A DNA stretch of 64,000 nt from Acidobacteriota bacterium (GTDB lineage: Bacteria; Acidobacteriota; CAIWXX01). This document shows, one piece after another, positions 29,333-39,913 of the stretch. Below the pieces are notes generated by a model that had not been told where the DNA came from, did not search any database, and saw only the letters and a program-made list of their open reading frames with translations. A program made the translations under genes and the position numbers. Location of the stretch: assembly GCA_040755995.1 (NCBI GenBank), contig JBFMAF010000034.1, forward strand, positions 1 to 64,000. Direction: 5' to 3'. Each line of letters starts with the position of its first letter. The stretch's first letter is position 1.

Positions 29333-32168
29333 TCGGGCCCGAGTGCCCACGCATCAGGGCCGCGAACGTGTCGAGGACGCGGAGATACGGCTCGATCGAG
29401 GGGATGTAGTGGCGTTCGTGGCGCGAATGAGGGCCGATACCTGACTGGCCCCAGACGACCGCGCAGCCGCCCGGCGCGAATCGCGCGGATGTGCCCGCCA
29501 GCTTCCGGCCGATCCTCGGCGGCTGTAGAGAGACCTCCTCGACCGCTCGCAGCAACCTCGCCAGGTGCGGATTCCCCGGCGGGCAGGCTATGCCGCCCTC
29601 GACGACCTCCGGCGCAAGCTCCACCCCGATCTCCGCGCACGCCGCGGATGCGGCCAGCAGAAACGCATGGGGATCGTCTTCTGGTATCGGCCGCACCTCC
29701 AGGCCGAGGACACCCTCATCTGCGGTGATATTGTAGACGCCGACTTCGCCCGCCCGCAGGAATGGGAACGTGGCGCTGCTCCTCCAGCTCGCATCTCCGC
29801 TCAGTGTGAAGTGCCCCGGCAGCAGATCCGACAAGACGCGGCGCGCATCGATCAGGCGCGAAAGCAGGTCTTGCGGCAGCGCTCCCATTCCCGTGTGCGC
29901 CCGTTCGCCTCGCGCCACCACGCGCAGTCGCATGACTCCGCGATTCGACGTGCATACTTCGCCGAACAGCTCGTCTCCGCGTTCCCCTGTCCTCTCACCG
30001 ATGATCATGAAGTCGGGCGACCACCCGGTGTCTCTGGCCGATTCGCGCAGCACATGCGGTGTTCCATAGGGCTCCGCCTCGCCGTTCTCCTCATTGCCCA
30101 CCAGCAGCAGATTGACCGGCGGATACGGCGGTCCCGAACTGATGGCGCGCCGCATCCACACGACATACGTCGCCACGACGGTCTTCATGTCGGCCGAGCC
30201 TCGGCCCCAGAGATAATCCCCTTCAATGCGCGGTTCGAACTGGCTGTCGTTGGGATCGGGCATGACGACGTCGAAGTGCCCGCCGATGGTGACAGGCGCC
30301 AGGAGCGTCCCCGGGAATCCCGCGAGCAGGGCCGGATACTTGCCCTCGTCCCACAGCCGCACCTGTGCGCCTGCGTCCCTCAGTGTTCCGGCAAGGAGCC
30401 GGGCGCACCGAAACACATCGCCCAGGCGCTCGTTCTCGCAATTCGTGACGGATGGGATGCGGATGAGCGCGGTGGCGAGCGACAGAACCTCGCCGACCAC
30501 TCCACCGATTCCATTCACGTAATCTACGCCGGCGTGGACTGCGATCTGCACGGGCAGCGTCGGATTGCCTCGACACGCAGCCTCGAACGGTTGAAGTATC
30601 TCCGCGAGCTTCCCTGCTTCGTCCTTGAGGGAGTGCCGGCTGGAGGCGATCGCGGCGATCTCGCGGGCCACGATCCGCTCGCGTTCCTCCAACCACTCTC
30701 GAAGGAGCTGATGCGGCACGATACGCGTATCGCCGGCATCCAGCCGCTTCGAGAACCACTCGCGCATCCGCCCGGCCGGATTCGGAGATCCACGCGCCAT
30801 GTCCCACAGAGGCTCGAGGAGACTCTTGTAGCCAAGGACTTCGCTGAGCGGCTCCAGATCGCGCAGGACGCTCGCCAACCACTCCCGCGCCGCCACACGA
30901 GCGCCCGTAAACGGGTGCTCGATCTCCGCCGACAGGCCTCGTCGCGCGGCGGCTTCCTCGTTGCGGCGAGCCCGCGTGACGTCTGACACGTCGTACATGT
31001 AGCCCGCTCCGAACTCGGGGTCCGCGTACCCTCGAATGAGCAGGAGCTCCTTGAAGGCGACCTTGGCGACTGCGAGATCGAGATCGTCGCCGCCCTCGTC
31101 GGTTCGCACTTCGACGCGCGACATGGGCAGGTCCACGATGGCGCAGAGGTTCTCTATGACGAGCGCGCGTTCGGCTTCGTCCAGGCTCGCGTGCTCCTGC
31201 GTCGAGTAGATCCCGCGGCGGTAGAGCTCGCGGAGCTGGTCGCTGGTGGTCGAGATGATCCGATTCACCGGATCGACGTCCGAACGCGCCCGCACCGGCG
31301 TCCAGTTGTTCCCGCCGAAGCGGACGCCCGAGCGGACGAGACCGAAGGAGATCCGGAGGTACTCGGGGTGGCTGGCGTAGAGGCGCGGCACGTCCAGGGC
31401 CTCGGGATTCGGGAACGTCAGGAGGCGGTTGGAGTCGTTGTCGGTCAGGACGATCTCGACCGAGCCGTGACTGTACTGGCAGGAGAGCGGCGAGGCGGCG
31501 GAGATGCCGATGAACAGCGCGCAGTACGGCCGCAGCAGCCGGGTAGCTCGAATCATCGCTTCGCTCCGGTAGTCGGCCAGGCCCTGCTTCTCGCGCTGCG
31601 CGCGCGGCAGGTGGAAGAAGTCCCACGACAGGAGCGACTCGGGCAGCGAGTGGTTCGTGTGGATTCCGGCGGTGGCCAGCTTGCCGCCGAAGAGCTCCAC
31701 GCAGCGGGCGAGGTATCGTTTCTTCGCGAGACTCCAGCCGCCCGGGATGCTGTGCTCGTCGGGGACGACGGGGTACGGGATGTTGCCGTGGAGCATGTAG
31801 AAGCGCTCGCCGAGCGACAACCCGGCCTCCGCGAGAGTATTGGCCACGACACCTTCCAGGATTCGCGCCTCATAGACCGCTCCCTGCGGCGAGTAGTACG
31901 GCCGCGTGGCTATCTCGGTCATCCAGTGGAACACCTCCAGCTGGATGCGCCGTCGCGCCCAATCGGGGAGTCTTTCGCTGCTGATCACGTCCGCAAACGA
32001 GCGGCTCTCGGGCCCGAAGCCGACGCGGTCGACGGGTCTGAGCGCTCCATCGAGAATGTTGAACTCTACCTCCAGACCTGAAGTACCCCGGTCGAACTGG
32101 TTCTCGATCGAGGACTCCGTGGCCAGGCGGTATTTCTCGGCGAATCGATGCCAGTCCGCTGGTGTCAT
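29322..32168 (-). CDS. Fusion of a glutamate-cysteine-ligase-like (carboxylate-amine ligase) domain and an M20 metallopeptidase/deacylase
   Basis: N-terminal GLEVEFNILD, EVFHWMTEIAT, AGIHTN, PVRAR, RVEVR; C-terminal GHFDVV, GRGSADMK, NEE, GE, H. Confidence 0.75.
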   Translation of the reverse strand: MTPADWHRFAEKYRLATESSIENQFDRGTSGLEVEFNILDGALRPVDRVGFGPESRSFADVISSERLPDWARRRIQLEVFHWMTEIATRPYYSPQGAVYEARILEGVVANTLAEAGLSLGERFYMLHGNIPYPVVPDEHSIPGGWSLAKKRYLARCVELFGGKLATAGIHTNHSLPESLLSWDFFHLPRAQREKQGLADYRSEAMIRATRLLRPYCALFIGISAASPLSCQYSHGSVEIVLTDNDSNRLLTFPNPEALDVPRLYASHPEYLRISFGLVRSGVRFGGNNWTPVRARSDVDPVNRIISTTSDQLRELYRRGIYSTQEHASLDEAERALVIENLCAIVDLPMSRVEVRTDEGGDDLDLAVAKVAFKELLLIRGYADPEFGAGYMYDVSDVTRARRNEEAAARRGLSAEIEHPFTGARVAAREWLASVLRDLEPLSEVLGYKSLLEPLWDMARGSPNPAGRMREWFSKRLDAGDTRIVPHQLLREWLEERERIVAREIAAIASSRHSLKDEAGKLAEILQPFEAACRGNPTLPVQIAVHAGVDYVNGIGGVVGEVLSLATALIRIPSVTNCENERLGDVFRCARLLAGTLRDAGAQVRLWDEGKYPALLAGFPGTLLAPVTIGGHFDVVMPDPNDSQFEPRIEGDYLWGRGSADMKTVVATYVVWMRRAISSGPPYPPVNLLLVGNEENGEAEPYGTPHVLRESARDTGWSPDFMIIGERTGERGDELFGEVCTSNRGVMRLRVVARGERAHTGMGALPQDLLSRLIDARRVLSDLLPGHFTLSGDASWRSSATFPFLRAGEVGVYNITADEGVLGLEVRPIPEDDPHAFLLAASAACAEIGVELAPEVVEGGIACPPGNPHLARLLRAVEEVSLQPPRIGRKLAGTSARFAPGGCAVVWGQSGIGPHSRHERHYIPSIEPYLRVLDTFAALMRGHSGPNDR

Positions 32169-32224
32169 GCTGTCTCCGTTGTCAGCTGGCTAGCGAGGCT
32201 GCGCTTGCGGATCTCGCCTGCCGA

Positions 32225-33544
32225 TCACAGCGCCTGCAGGGCCTCCCACATGCGCTGCGCCGCGCGCTCGGTCAAGTCGGGGGGAAGCGCGTAGGAGAAA
32301 CGGATCCATCGAGACCCGTAGTCGCTGAAGTAGACGCCCGGGACGACGGCCAGCCCGAACCGTTCGGCCAGGTATGACCCCATGCCGGCAGAGTCGGTCA
32401 TCTTGCCGCGATCGATCCACGCGCCCAGGTCGAGGAAGGCGTAGTACCCCTTCCCCAGAATGTGGCGGATACCTTTCTCTCGCAAGAAGCGGCCGAGCAC
32501 CGCGCGGCTCTGGTTGGTCGGTGACACGATGCCCGCGCACGCGTTGCCGAAGCCCATGCGGTAGGCGGCTATTGCCACGGCCTGGCTGTGGAACGAAGGA
32601 ATCACCGCGTGAGAGGCGATGTTCTGGATGAACTTGATAACCTTCTTGGAAGCCACCAGGTGAGCGTTGCGTACGTTGCTGGCTCCGAGCGATTTCGTTA
32701 TCCCATCGAGGAAGATGCATCGCTCGCGATCGGACGGATCGAGGGACAGCAGGAAGCGGTTGAGGTCCAGGGGCGACTCATCGGTTACCCAGTGGTATAT
32801 CCAGTCGAAGAGCACGAAGGGGACGCCGGCGGCCAGCGCGTACCGGGCGAGGGCGATCTGCTCGTCGGCGCTCATCGTGCGGCCGGTCGGGTTGTCCGGG
32901 CTCGTGATGATCAGCCCGCACACCCGGCGGTCGCCCAGCCTTCTTGCTTCTTCGATGCAAGAATCGACAGCTTCCCGCGTCAGCGCCCAGCCGTCGGACT
33001 CGCGGCCTGGTGCGAGCATCACGTTGGCGCCGATCGAATACGGGCCCCAGTTGTACGAGATCCATGGCACGCGCGTCACGACCACGAAATCGCCGCGGCG
33101 CCCATGCCCGAGGTGCATCATGGCGTCGTAGGCTTTCACCAGGGCATCGCGGCCGCCCTGGCAGGCGAGAACGCTGTCGGGTCCCCAGCCCGTGCTTGCA
33201 TCCAGGTGCCAGTAGTCCTGCACGACCGTTCGCCGGAACATGTCGCATCCGTACGGCTGGTCGTATGCGCTGCCGTGGTCCTTCTGCAGCTGATGCGCCG
33301 CATCAAGTATCACCTGGGGCACCCCCGGCAGGCTGGCTCCCCCATCCCCCTGGCTCGCGTCGAACATCTCGCCCCCAGGCGCCTGCTTCTCGTACACCGC
33401 CAGCGCGTTGCGGATCTCGAACATCCGGCTGCCGGGTATCGTACGCATGGCCGACATACTGGCATCCACACCACCCAGCTCCTCCGGAGCGACCACCAGA
33501 GCCGGCCTCTCATCGGGTAGCATCGCGAAGTTGTTTGAGCCCAC
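32225..33544 (-). CDS. PLP-dependent class I/II aminotransferase
   Basis: SPDNPTG, FDWIY, DGITKSLG, WIRFSY; GTG start after GAGGAGG. Confidence 0.88.
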   Translation of the reverse strand: MGSNNFAMLPDERPALVVAPEELGGVDASMSAMRTIPGSRMFEIRNALAVYEKQAPGGEMFDASQGDGGASLPGVPQVILDAAHQLQKDHGSAYDQPYGCDMFRRTVVQDYWHLDASTGWGPDSVLACQGGRDALVKAYDAMMHLGHGRRGDFVVVTRVPWISYNWGPYSIGANVMLAPGRESDGWALTREAVDSCIEEARRLGDRRVCGLIITSPDNPTGRTMSADEQIALARYALAAGVPFVLFDWIYHWVTDESPLDLNRFLLSLDPSDRERCIFLDGITKSLGASNVRNAHLVASKKVIKFIQNIASHAVIPSFHSQAVAIAAYRMGFGNACAGIVSPTNQSRAVLGRFLREKGIRHILGKGYYAFLDLGAWIDRGKMTDSAGMGSYLAERFGLAVVPGVYFSDYGSRWIRFSYALPPDLTERAAQRMWEALQAL

Positions 33545-33699
33545 GACACCCTCCTCATTTAGCGCGATTCGACATGGCCTCCCGCCCCCGGAGGCGGCGT
33601 ACACATACCAAACATTCGCGGCCGTGTAAAGCAGGGCCGCACGGATCTGGTCCGCTCTGCCGGTGGAAAACGCAGCCCCGCCGGACTCGCTACCTGGGC

Positions 33700-36450
33700 C
33701 TACCGTACCGTCACTACCACCAGCGTCAGGTCGTCGGCCTGAGGGGCGCTCCCGACGAACTCGTTCACGGCAGCGAGGATCGACTGCAGCACATCAGAGG
33801 CAGGTTTTCCGAGCTCGGCAGCAACCAGCCGCGCCACACGCTCGTCGCCGAACTCCTCGTCGCGTTCGTTCTTCGCATCAGGGAGGCCGTCGGTGTAGAC
33901 GAGCAGCATATCCTCGGGCTGGAGCTCTATCGTTGCGCTCTCATATGATGCATCCGGGAAGACGCCAAGGATGGTACCGCCCATTTCCAGCCGCTCCAGC
34001 CGCCTGTCCGGGCTCGCTGCTCTGACCAGCATCGGTGGGTTGTGCCCGGCATTGACGTACGTGAGGCAGCGGCTATCGTCGTCGTACAGGCCGTAGAAGA
34101 AGGTCGCGTAGCGTTCGATCTGTGAGGATGCGTGCAGGTAGCGATTGATAGTCCCCATGAGCCGCTCGACCTCTCTTCCCAGCGCGGGCGCATGGCTGCG
34201 GAGAAGCGCCTGGAGGTTGGACATGAGGAGTGCGGCGGAGACGCCCTTTCCGGATATATCGCCGACGGCAATGCCGAGCTGGCGCGGCCCCACCTCCACG
34301 AAGTCAAAATAGTCGCCGCCGATGCCGCGGGCGGGCTTGCAGGCGCCGGCGCAGTCGATGGTTGATAGACTCGGGATCGCCTGCGGGAAGAGCTGCGACT
34401 GCACGTCTCCTGCGATCTGCAGCTCGCGCTGCAGCTTCTCCTGCTCGGCCACCTGCACGATCAGCTGGGTATAGTCCAGGGCGACGGCGGCCTGACCGGC
34501 GACGGCCAGCAACAGCTCCTTGTCTTCGCGCGAGTAGGGCTCTTCTGAGAGCTTCTCACCCAAGCTGATGAACCCCATGAGACGGGTGCCGGTGGAGAGC
34601 GGCACGAGGAGTCGAGTGTTGAGGATCTCCAGCAGGCGTCTCTCCTGGTATTCGGCCTGATCCGCGGGCTGCGCGTCGGCCAGTGGTCTGGCCCACGACT
34701 TCGGATCGTCGAGCCAGACTTCGAGGGCACGCGGTTCCTCGGCGGCGAGCCGTTCGACCTCGCGCACGACGAGAGCATTCTGCGGGAGCGACATCGGGTG
34801 CTGCTCAAAGCTTTCGATCACGTCGTTCTCCGCGTGACCCGTTCTGACCTGGTGCCGGGCGCATACGAATGTGCCGGGAGGCAGGGGATCGTACCGGCCG
34901 TCAGAACCCATGACCGGTCTGAAACTCGTATCCCCTTTCCGCAGAAAAATCGCCGCGTGGTCGGGGTGAAGCGAGTTGCAGAGCGCGTCAGTCACGGTCG
35001 CGAGGAGATCATCGGGACGCGCTGCAAGCCTTCTCACGGCCTGGCTGAGGTCCGTCAGGACGTGCTGCGCGTTGTAGGCCTCGCGGAAGAACCGCCGGTC
35101 GATGGCGTGCAGGACCGGCATGTTCGCGCGCCGCAGACCAATCACGGCGGCCGATGTGACCGCACCGGTGACGATGGCGATAGTGCTGGCGCGGGCGCCG
35201 GGGAGAAGAGCCGACAACAATGGCGCAGCCCCGAAAAACAACACCGAGAAGATCAACGCCGCCTCGACGACCAGGAATCCGCGGGACACCAGCGCGTACT
35301 GCAGGCCGCGACGCAGGATCAGGCGAATGCCGAAGACGCGGTGCTTCGCGACGGCGTAAATAAAGGATAGAGGAAAGAGGAGGACGCAAAGGAGTGCCGC
35401 GCCGAGCCTCCACATCGAAGGCGGCTGATCGGGCCGAAGGACGCCGTAGGTGCCCAGCAGAGTGTACGGCAGCAGCCCGATCAGCGCGCCCGAGAGAAGG
35501 ATCGTCATCCGACGCTTCTCGTCCCGACTCTCGGCTCGAATTGTGTTCTCGACGAGCGAAGCCAGGCCGATCATGCACATCGGGGCGAAAACCAGTGCCC
35601 CTGCCATGCGCACGAGATCGGGGCTCGGCGACAAGCGGCCTGCCAGGTCGAACGATACCAGCTGTATCGCGCCTCTGCCCACGGCGACCATCGCAGCAAC
35701 GACGCTCAGTGCAAAGCCGACGGTCTTGATCCAGGGCAGGCGCCGTTCAATGACAGACGGCGATGGGAAGACCAGGAAGAAACGCATCATGAGGTATGGG
35801 GCAAACACGCCCAGGATGGAGTTCTGTAGCAATGCGGCTTCCCGGAGGCCGGGAGGAAACACGAGGGAGTTTTTCCCGAAGAGGGCTGAGAGGCCCAGAA
35901 AGAGGTAGCTCGCCAGCCTGGCCTTCCGGTCTTCGGGTTTGATTAGGGCGAGGAGCAAGGCCGTTGTGATCGCCAACAGAGGCAGGACCACAAACGACAC
36001 AATCCTGAGAAGCCACATCTCGATGCCTATGGACGACGGCAGGGACGGAGGCATCATGATCCTGACAGTCCGGGGTCCCTGCGCCGCTTGCCGCAGGACA
36101 TCGAGCGCCCACGGCTCGCCGTACTGTATCGTCCTCATTGTCCGCGTGTAGTCCATGAGGGATCGAACGGGTCCACCCTGCCCCCTGGCATTGTAAACTG
36201 CGAATATTCGGTCACCGGCCTCCACGCCCGCAATCGCCGCCGGGCTGGGATTACCCGCCGAATCCGTGTCTCGGACGCTCACGACCGTCAGATAGCCGCC
36301 GTCAAGACCGGTGACCATCCCCACAACCCATATGATCGATCCCGGCGTACGGAGAATACCGCGTCCGAACAGCAGCTGATGGACGTCAAGGACCCAGAAC
36401 AAGGAAGCCAGGCCGCACAGAGCCAGGAGCACCCAGTGGCGCTTCTTCAT
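33700..36450 (-). CDS. Membrane PDZ-GAF-SpoIIE phosphatase
   Basis: SPAAIAGVEAGD (PDZ), multiple TM helices, GEKLSEEPYS, GGDYFDF, YTDG, QADDLT. Confidence 0.9.
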   Translation of the reverse strand: MKKRHWVLLALCGLASLFWVLDVHQLLFGRGILRTPGSIIWVVGMVTGLDGGYLTVVSVRDTDSAGNPSPAAIAGVEAGDRIFAVYNARGQGGPVRSLMDYTRTMRTIQYGEPWALDVLRQAAQGPRTVRIMMPPSLPSSIGIEMWLLRIVSFVVLPLLAITTALLLALIKPEDRKARLASYLFLGLSALFGKNSLVFPPGLREAALLQNSILGVFAPYLMMRFFLVFPSPSVIERRLPWIKTVGFALSVVAAMVAVGRGAIQLVSFDLAGRLSPSPDLVRMAGALVFAPMCMIGLASLVENTIRAESRDEKRRMTILLSGALIGLLPYTLLGTYGVLRPDQPPSMWRLGAALLCVLLFPLSFIYAVAKHRVFGIRLILRRGLQYALVSRGFLVVEAALIFSVLFFGAAPLLSALLPGARASTIAIVTGAVTSAAVIGLRRANMPVLHAIDRRFFREAYNAQHVLTDLSQAVRRLAARPDDLLATVTDALCNSLHPDHAAIFLRKGDTSFRPVMGSDGRYDPLPPGTFVCARHQVRTGHAENDVIESFEQHPMSLPQNALVVREVERLAAEEPRALEVWLDDPKSWARPLADAQPADQAEYQERRLLEILNTRLLVPLSTGTRLMGFISLGEKLSEEPYSREDKELLLAVAGQAAVALDYTQLIVQVAEQEKLQRELQIAGDVQSQLFPQAIPSLSTIDCAGACKPARGIGGDYFDFVEVGPRQLGIAVGDISGKGVSAALLMSNLQALLRSHAPALGREVERLMGTINRYLHASSQIERYATFFYGLYDDDSRCLTYVNAGHNPPMLVRAASPDRRLERLEMGGTILGVFPDASYESATIELQPEDMLLVYTDGLPDAKNERDEEFGDERVARLVAAELGKPASDVLQSILAAVNEFVGSAPQADDLTLVVVTVR

Positions 36451-36558
36451 GTGGCCCGCTCTTCAATCGCTCTCAGCCACGAGGGGGTTCGTGACTGCCG
36501 CTGGCGCGACAGGTAGCCATCTCGGCGTCCTCCCCTCGTCTCCGTGGCTCCGCGTTTC

Positions 36559-36927
36559 CTACTTCCTCGCCGCGCGGCGGGCGGTGTCGAGCAACTCGTC
36601 GAGCTCGGTCGGCTTCAGAAGGTACTCGAAGGCCCCGAGCTCCATACCCTGCACCCCCAATTCCACCGATGCATGCCCGGTCAGCAGTATGACTGGCACT
36701 GCCGGATAGTCCCGCCGCATGCGCCGCAACAGCTCGAGGCCGTCCATCCCGGGCATCTTCACGTCGACCACTGCGCAGTCGTAGCCTTCTCCTGACGCCA
36801 GGGCCTTGAGCGCATCCTCCCCGCTCAGAGCCGTCGTGCAGGCAACGCCTCGTCGAGTCAGGCGAATACACAGGGGCTCCAAGAACTCAACCTCGTCGTC
36901 TACCAACAGGATCCTGAAATCCGCCAT
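36559..36927 (-). CDS. Single-domain response regulator
   Basis: ILLVDDE, DVKMPGMDG, LTGH, YLLKP. Confidence 0.92.
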   Translation of the reverse strand: MADFRILLVDDEVEFLEPLCIRLTRRGVACTTALSGEDALKALASGEGYDCAVVDVKMPGMDGLELLRRMRRDYPAVPVILLTGHASVELGVQGMELGAFEYLLKPTELDELLDTARRAARK

Positions 36928-36994
36928 CTAGTGCCTCCTTAATAGTCAAGCCAGCCCGCCCTGGTCCCCACGCGTGTGGGAATCCCTGTGATGC

Positions 36995-39574
36995 TCAAGA
37001 CCCGCTCGCATCGCCAGTCGCCATAGACTCGGAGCCCTTGAATCCGTAGTCACCCGCCATGAAGGCATCCTCGTACGCCCGCATCACGCCGTCCGATACA
37101 AGCGCCATGTCCAGATGATTGACGTAGCCCATCACGAGACCGGTCAGGAACAGCTTATCCTCCATCTCACGTGACGGCAAGTGCCGCACACGTGCATTGA
37201 TCAGATCCGCCCGACAGTCCGTCTCGAAGCCGCTGCGCAACAGCAGCCGCTGAATCAACTGGGCTCGACGGCTGCGCTGGTCAATGCCCGTCGAACCACC
37301 GACGAAGCGAAACGAGAGGTAGTTGGACTCGATCGCCTCCCCGATTCTCGAGTCCACAGTAGAGAAGTGGTACCCTATGCGTGAATTGAGATTGAGGTAG
37401 TTCGCCGTGATGAAGGCGTATGACGGCTCGCCCATCGCCCGCATCCGCACATCCTGGTCGAAGTTGTAGTTCACGATAGCCGACATGAAGCCCTTCAGCG
37501 AGACGGGCCTCTCCATCTGCCACTTCAAGCGCGGATCGGTCATGCCGTTCCACAGCACGCGCATCGGAATGCAAGTCACGTCGTCTATGGTAACGTCGCC
37601 TTCGCCCAGTCCATCGCGCAGGCCGCCGCCAAGGTCCAGAACGCGGCAGTCGATCGGGACAGCCGAGACCAGGCGGCGCACCTTCGCGCCCTGGCGGGTG
37701 GCGCGGTCGCCGAGGGCAAACATCGATTCCACCGTCGCCTGGTGGCAGAACCGGATGATGTCGTGTATGGTGTTGCACTTCCGAGGCGAGCAGCCGCTCG
37801 CGAGGCGGTCTTGCAGAGTCAGAGGCGTGATCTTCTCCGCCACCGACGCCAGCAGCTCCACGTGCGGGTTCCTCCGCACTTCCGCATAGGGGGTGGCGGC
37901 GGCCAGCGCACCCTCGACTCGCCCGGCGTACACCACACCGGCGTCGGCATCCACAGTAACGAGGATGCCGGGCTTCAGGGCGCGCGTCGCCGAGCGCGTG
38001 GCGAAAAGCGCTGGCACTCGCAGCTCGCGGGCCACGGTCGCCAGGTGCCCCGTAACCTCGCCCATATCCGAGACGATCGCAGAGGCGTGCTGCAGAAGCA
38101 CGGCGAGACGCGGATTCGCCTCATCCGTCACGATCACTGCGCCACGCGGGCATCGGATGATGTCGAGATCGGTCTTGACTGCGAACACGTCGCCGCACGC
38201 GGCCCCGCCACTCGCTCGCGAGCCGCCCTCGAGCAGCACCGGGACGCCCTCGATGCGGGCCTTCTGGAACGTCCTGCCCTCCTCCGCGTGCACCGGCTGC
38301 GGCCGCACCTGCAGCACGTAGACCTTCCCGTCCGCGTCCAGCGCCCACTCCATGTCGATCGGCGTTCCCAGAGCCGAGTCGAGTCGCCAGGCCAGCCTCG
38401 CCACCTGATTCGCCTGCTCCTCGCTCAGGATCGGCGTACCAGCCGCCGCCGAATCAAGCTCCAGCTTCTCCGTTCCTTCCCCAGAGGCGCATCGCAGCAG
38501 CGACGTCTGGACACCCTGCTTGTGTGAAAGCAGCTTCTCCCGAGGTCGATCGAACACGTAGGTGTCGGGCTCGACCGAACCATCCACCGCCGAAAGCCCC
38601 AGCCCACGGACTGCCTGCAGCAAAGTCACTTCGCCCTGTTCCGTTCTGCAGGCGCTGTAGAGCACACCTGCGGCGGTCGCGTCGACCATGGAGATAACGC
38701 AGCAGCACATAGCCACCTCATGATCGTCGAAGCCGCGCCCCAGGCGGTAGGTGATCGCCTGCGGCGAGTACTTACTCGCGATCACCTGCTTGAACGCTTC
38801 CAGGACTCCGTCACGCGTGACGTTGAGCATCGAACGGTACTGGCCGGCAAAGGACAGTTCCAGGCCGCCTTCCTGCAAGGCGCTGGATCGCACGGCCAGC
38901 CGCAGGCCCTGGCCGCCCGGCAACTCCGCGGCTGCACCGCGCAGCGCGGTGGAGAGCGCGGGCGGTATCCGTGCGCCCTCCACCATTCGAGTGATCTCGG
39001 CAGAGACGCGGAAACATCCCTCGGTATTCTCCAGACCAGCGCCCGCCATCGCCTGCGCGATACGCTCCCCGAGCCCGCCGGCGCACATGAGCTCGCGGTA
39101 GGCGGTGACCGTCGTTACGAAGCCGTCCGGTACGTGTCCGCCCAGAATGCGACGCGCCTCGCCCAGGAAAGCGCTCTTCTGCCCGACTACCTCGGCCAGC
39201 CCCGCTCCCACCTCGGACAGCGGAATCACCGGACCGACCTCGCTGAGCACTGGGGTCACCTCAACCCTCTTCGTGATCCACTCCTTGAGCTCCTCGAAGC
39301 GAGGGACGATGGCTCTGTACTTGGAGCCGGTCATGCGAGTCAGATTCACGACCATGCGGTATGTCTGCACTGTCACGCCGGTGACAAGGCGCCGGACCTC
39401 CGCCGCCGACGCATGCTTCTCTCCCGCGAGCACCTGCTGGATCGTCGCCATGCAGCCCAGCGCGGCATTGTTCGCCTGCAACACCTCGCGGAAGCAGTCG
39501 ATCTTCAGGTCGAGACTCGGCGGGGCAGCCTTTCCCTGGCCGAATATCCTCGATGCAAAGCCCTTCAGACTCAT
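36995..39574 (-). CDS. PEP-synthase/pyruvate-water-dikinase-like protein
   Basis: AVRSSA, SFAGQY, LQVRP, phospho-His TGHLATVARE; start MSLKGF at 39574. Confidence 0.85.
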   Translation of the reverse strand: MSLKGFASRIFGQGKAAPPSLDLKIDCFREVLQANNAALGCMATIQQVLAGEKHASAAEVRRLVTGVTVQTYRMVVNLTRMTGSKYRAIVPRFEELKEWITKRVEVTPVLSEVGPVIPLSEVGAGLAEVVGQKSAFLGEARRILGGHVPDGFVTTVTAYRELMCAGGLGERIAQAMAGAGLENTEGCFRVSAEITRMVEGARIPPALSTALRGAAAELPGGQGLRLAVRSSALQEGGLELSFAGQYRSMLNVTRDGVLEAFKQVIASKYSPQAITYRLGRGFDDHEVAMCCCVISMVDATAAGVLYSACRTEQGEVTLLQAVRGLGLSAVDGSVEPDTYVFDRPREKLLSHKQGVQTSLLRCASGEGTEKLELDSAAAGTPILSEEQANQVARLAWRLDSALGTPIDMEWALDADGKVYVLQVRPQPVHAEEGRTFQKARIEGVPVLLEGGSRASGGAACGDVFAVKTDLDIIRCPRGAVIVTDEANPRLAVLLQHASAIVSDMGEVTGHLATVARELRVPALFATRSATRALKPGILVTVDADAGVVYAGRVEGALAAATPYAEVRRNPHVELLASVAEKITPLTLQDRLASGCSPRKCNTIHDIIRFCHQATVESMFALGDRATRQGAKVRRLVSAVPIDCRVLDLGGGLRDGLGEGDVTIDDVTCIPMRVLWNGMTDPRLKWQMERPVSLKGFMSAIVNYNFDQDVRMRAMGEPSYAFITANYLNLNSRIGYHFSTVDSRIGEAIESNYLSFRFVGGSTGIDQRSRRAQLIQRLLLRSGFETDCRADLINARVRHLPSREMEDKLFLTGLVMGYVNHLDMALVSDGVMRAYEDAFMAGDYGFKGSESMATGDASGS

Positions 39575-39913
39575 GCTGACCTGGTGTACAGTGGTCCTCT
39601 CGCACTGCATTATGCCAGCCTGCAGGAGTGCGCACAAGGGAGCCTCCGGACTGCGCCGCTGCCGCGCCGTGGTGACCACGGCACGGTACATCTCGCCGGT
39701 CAGAAGAACGGGAGACGCCGGGAGTGCGCCGATTGCAGCAAGGGATTTGGGGCCGGGGTGCCAGGGCGTCGGGTTGGTTTGACACCTCACCGAGGTCTGC
39801 CGTATTCTTGCCGGCGGCCAATCAGGAACACGGTTTCGAATCTTGGTCCCGCGGTGCTGAACCGAGGACCGACATATCCCGGACTTCGGCTCTGATGCGA
39901 GCAGGAGGTGACG

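Noticed and set aside
39575..39913. sigma54 promoters for YeiH or the PEP-synthase-like gene
   Set aside because: Only weak GG-N10-GC matches lacking TTGC were found (e.g. CGGCAAGAATACGGCA).
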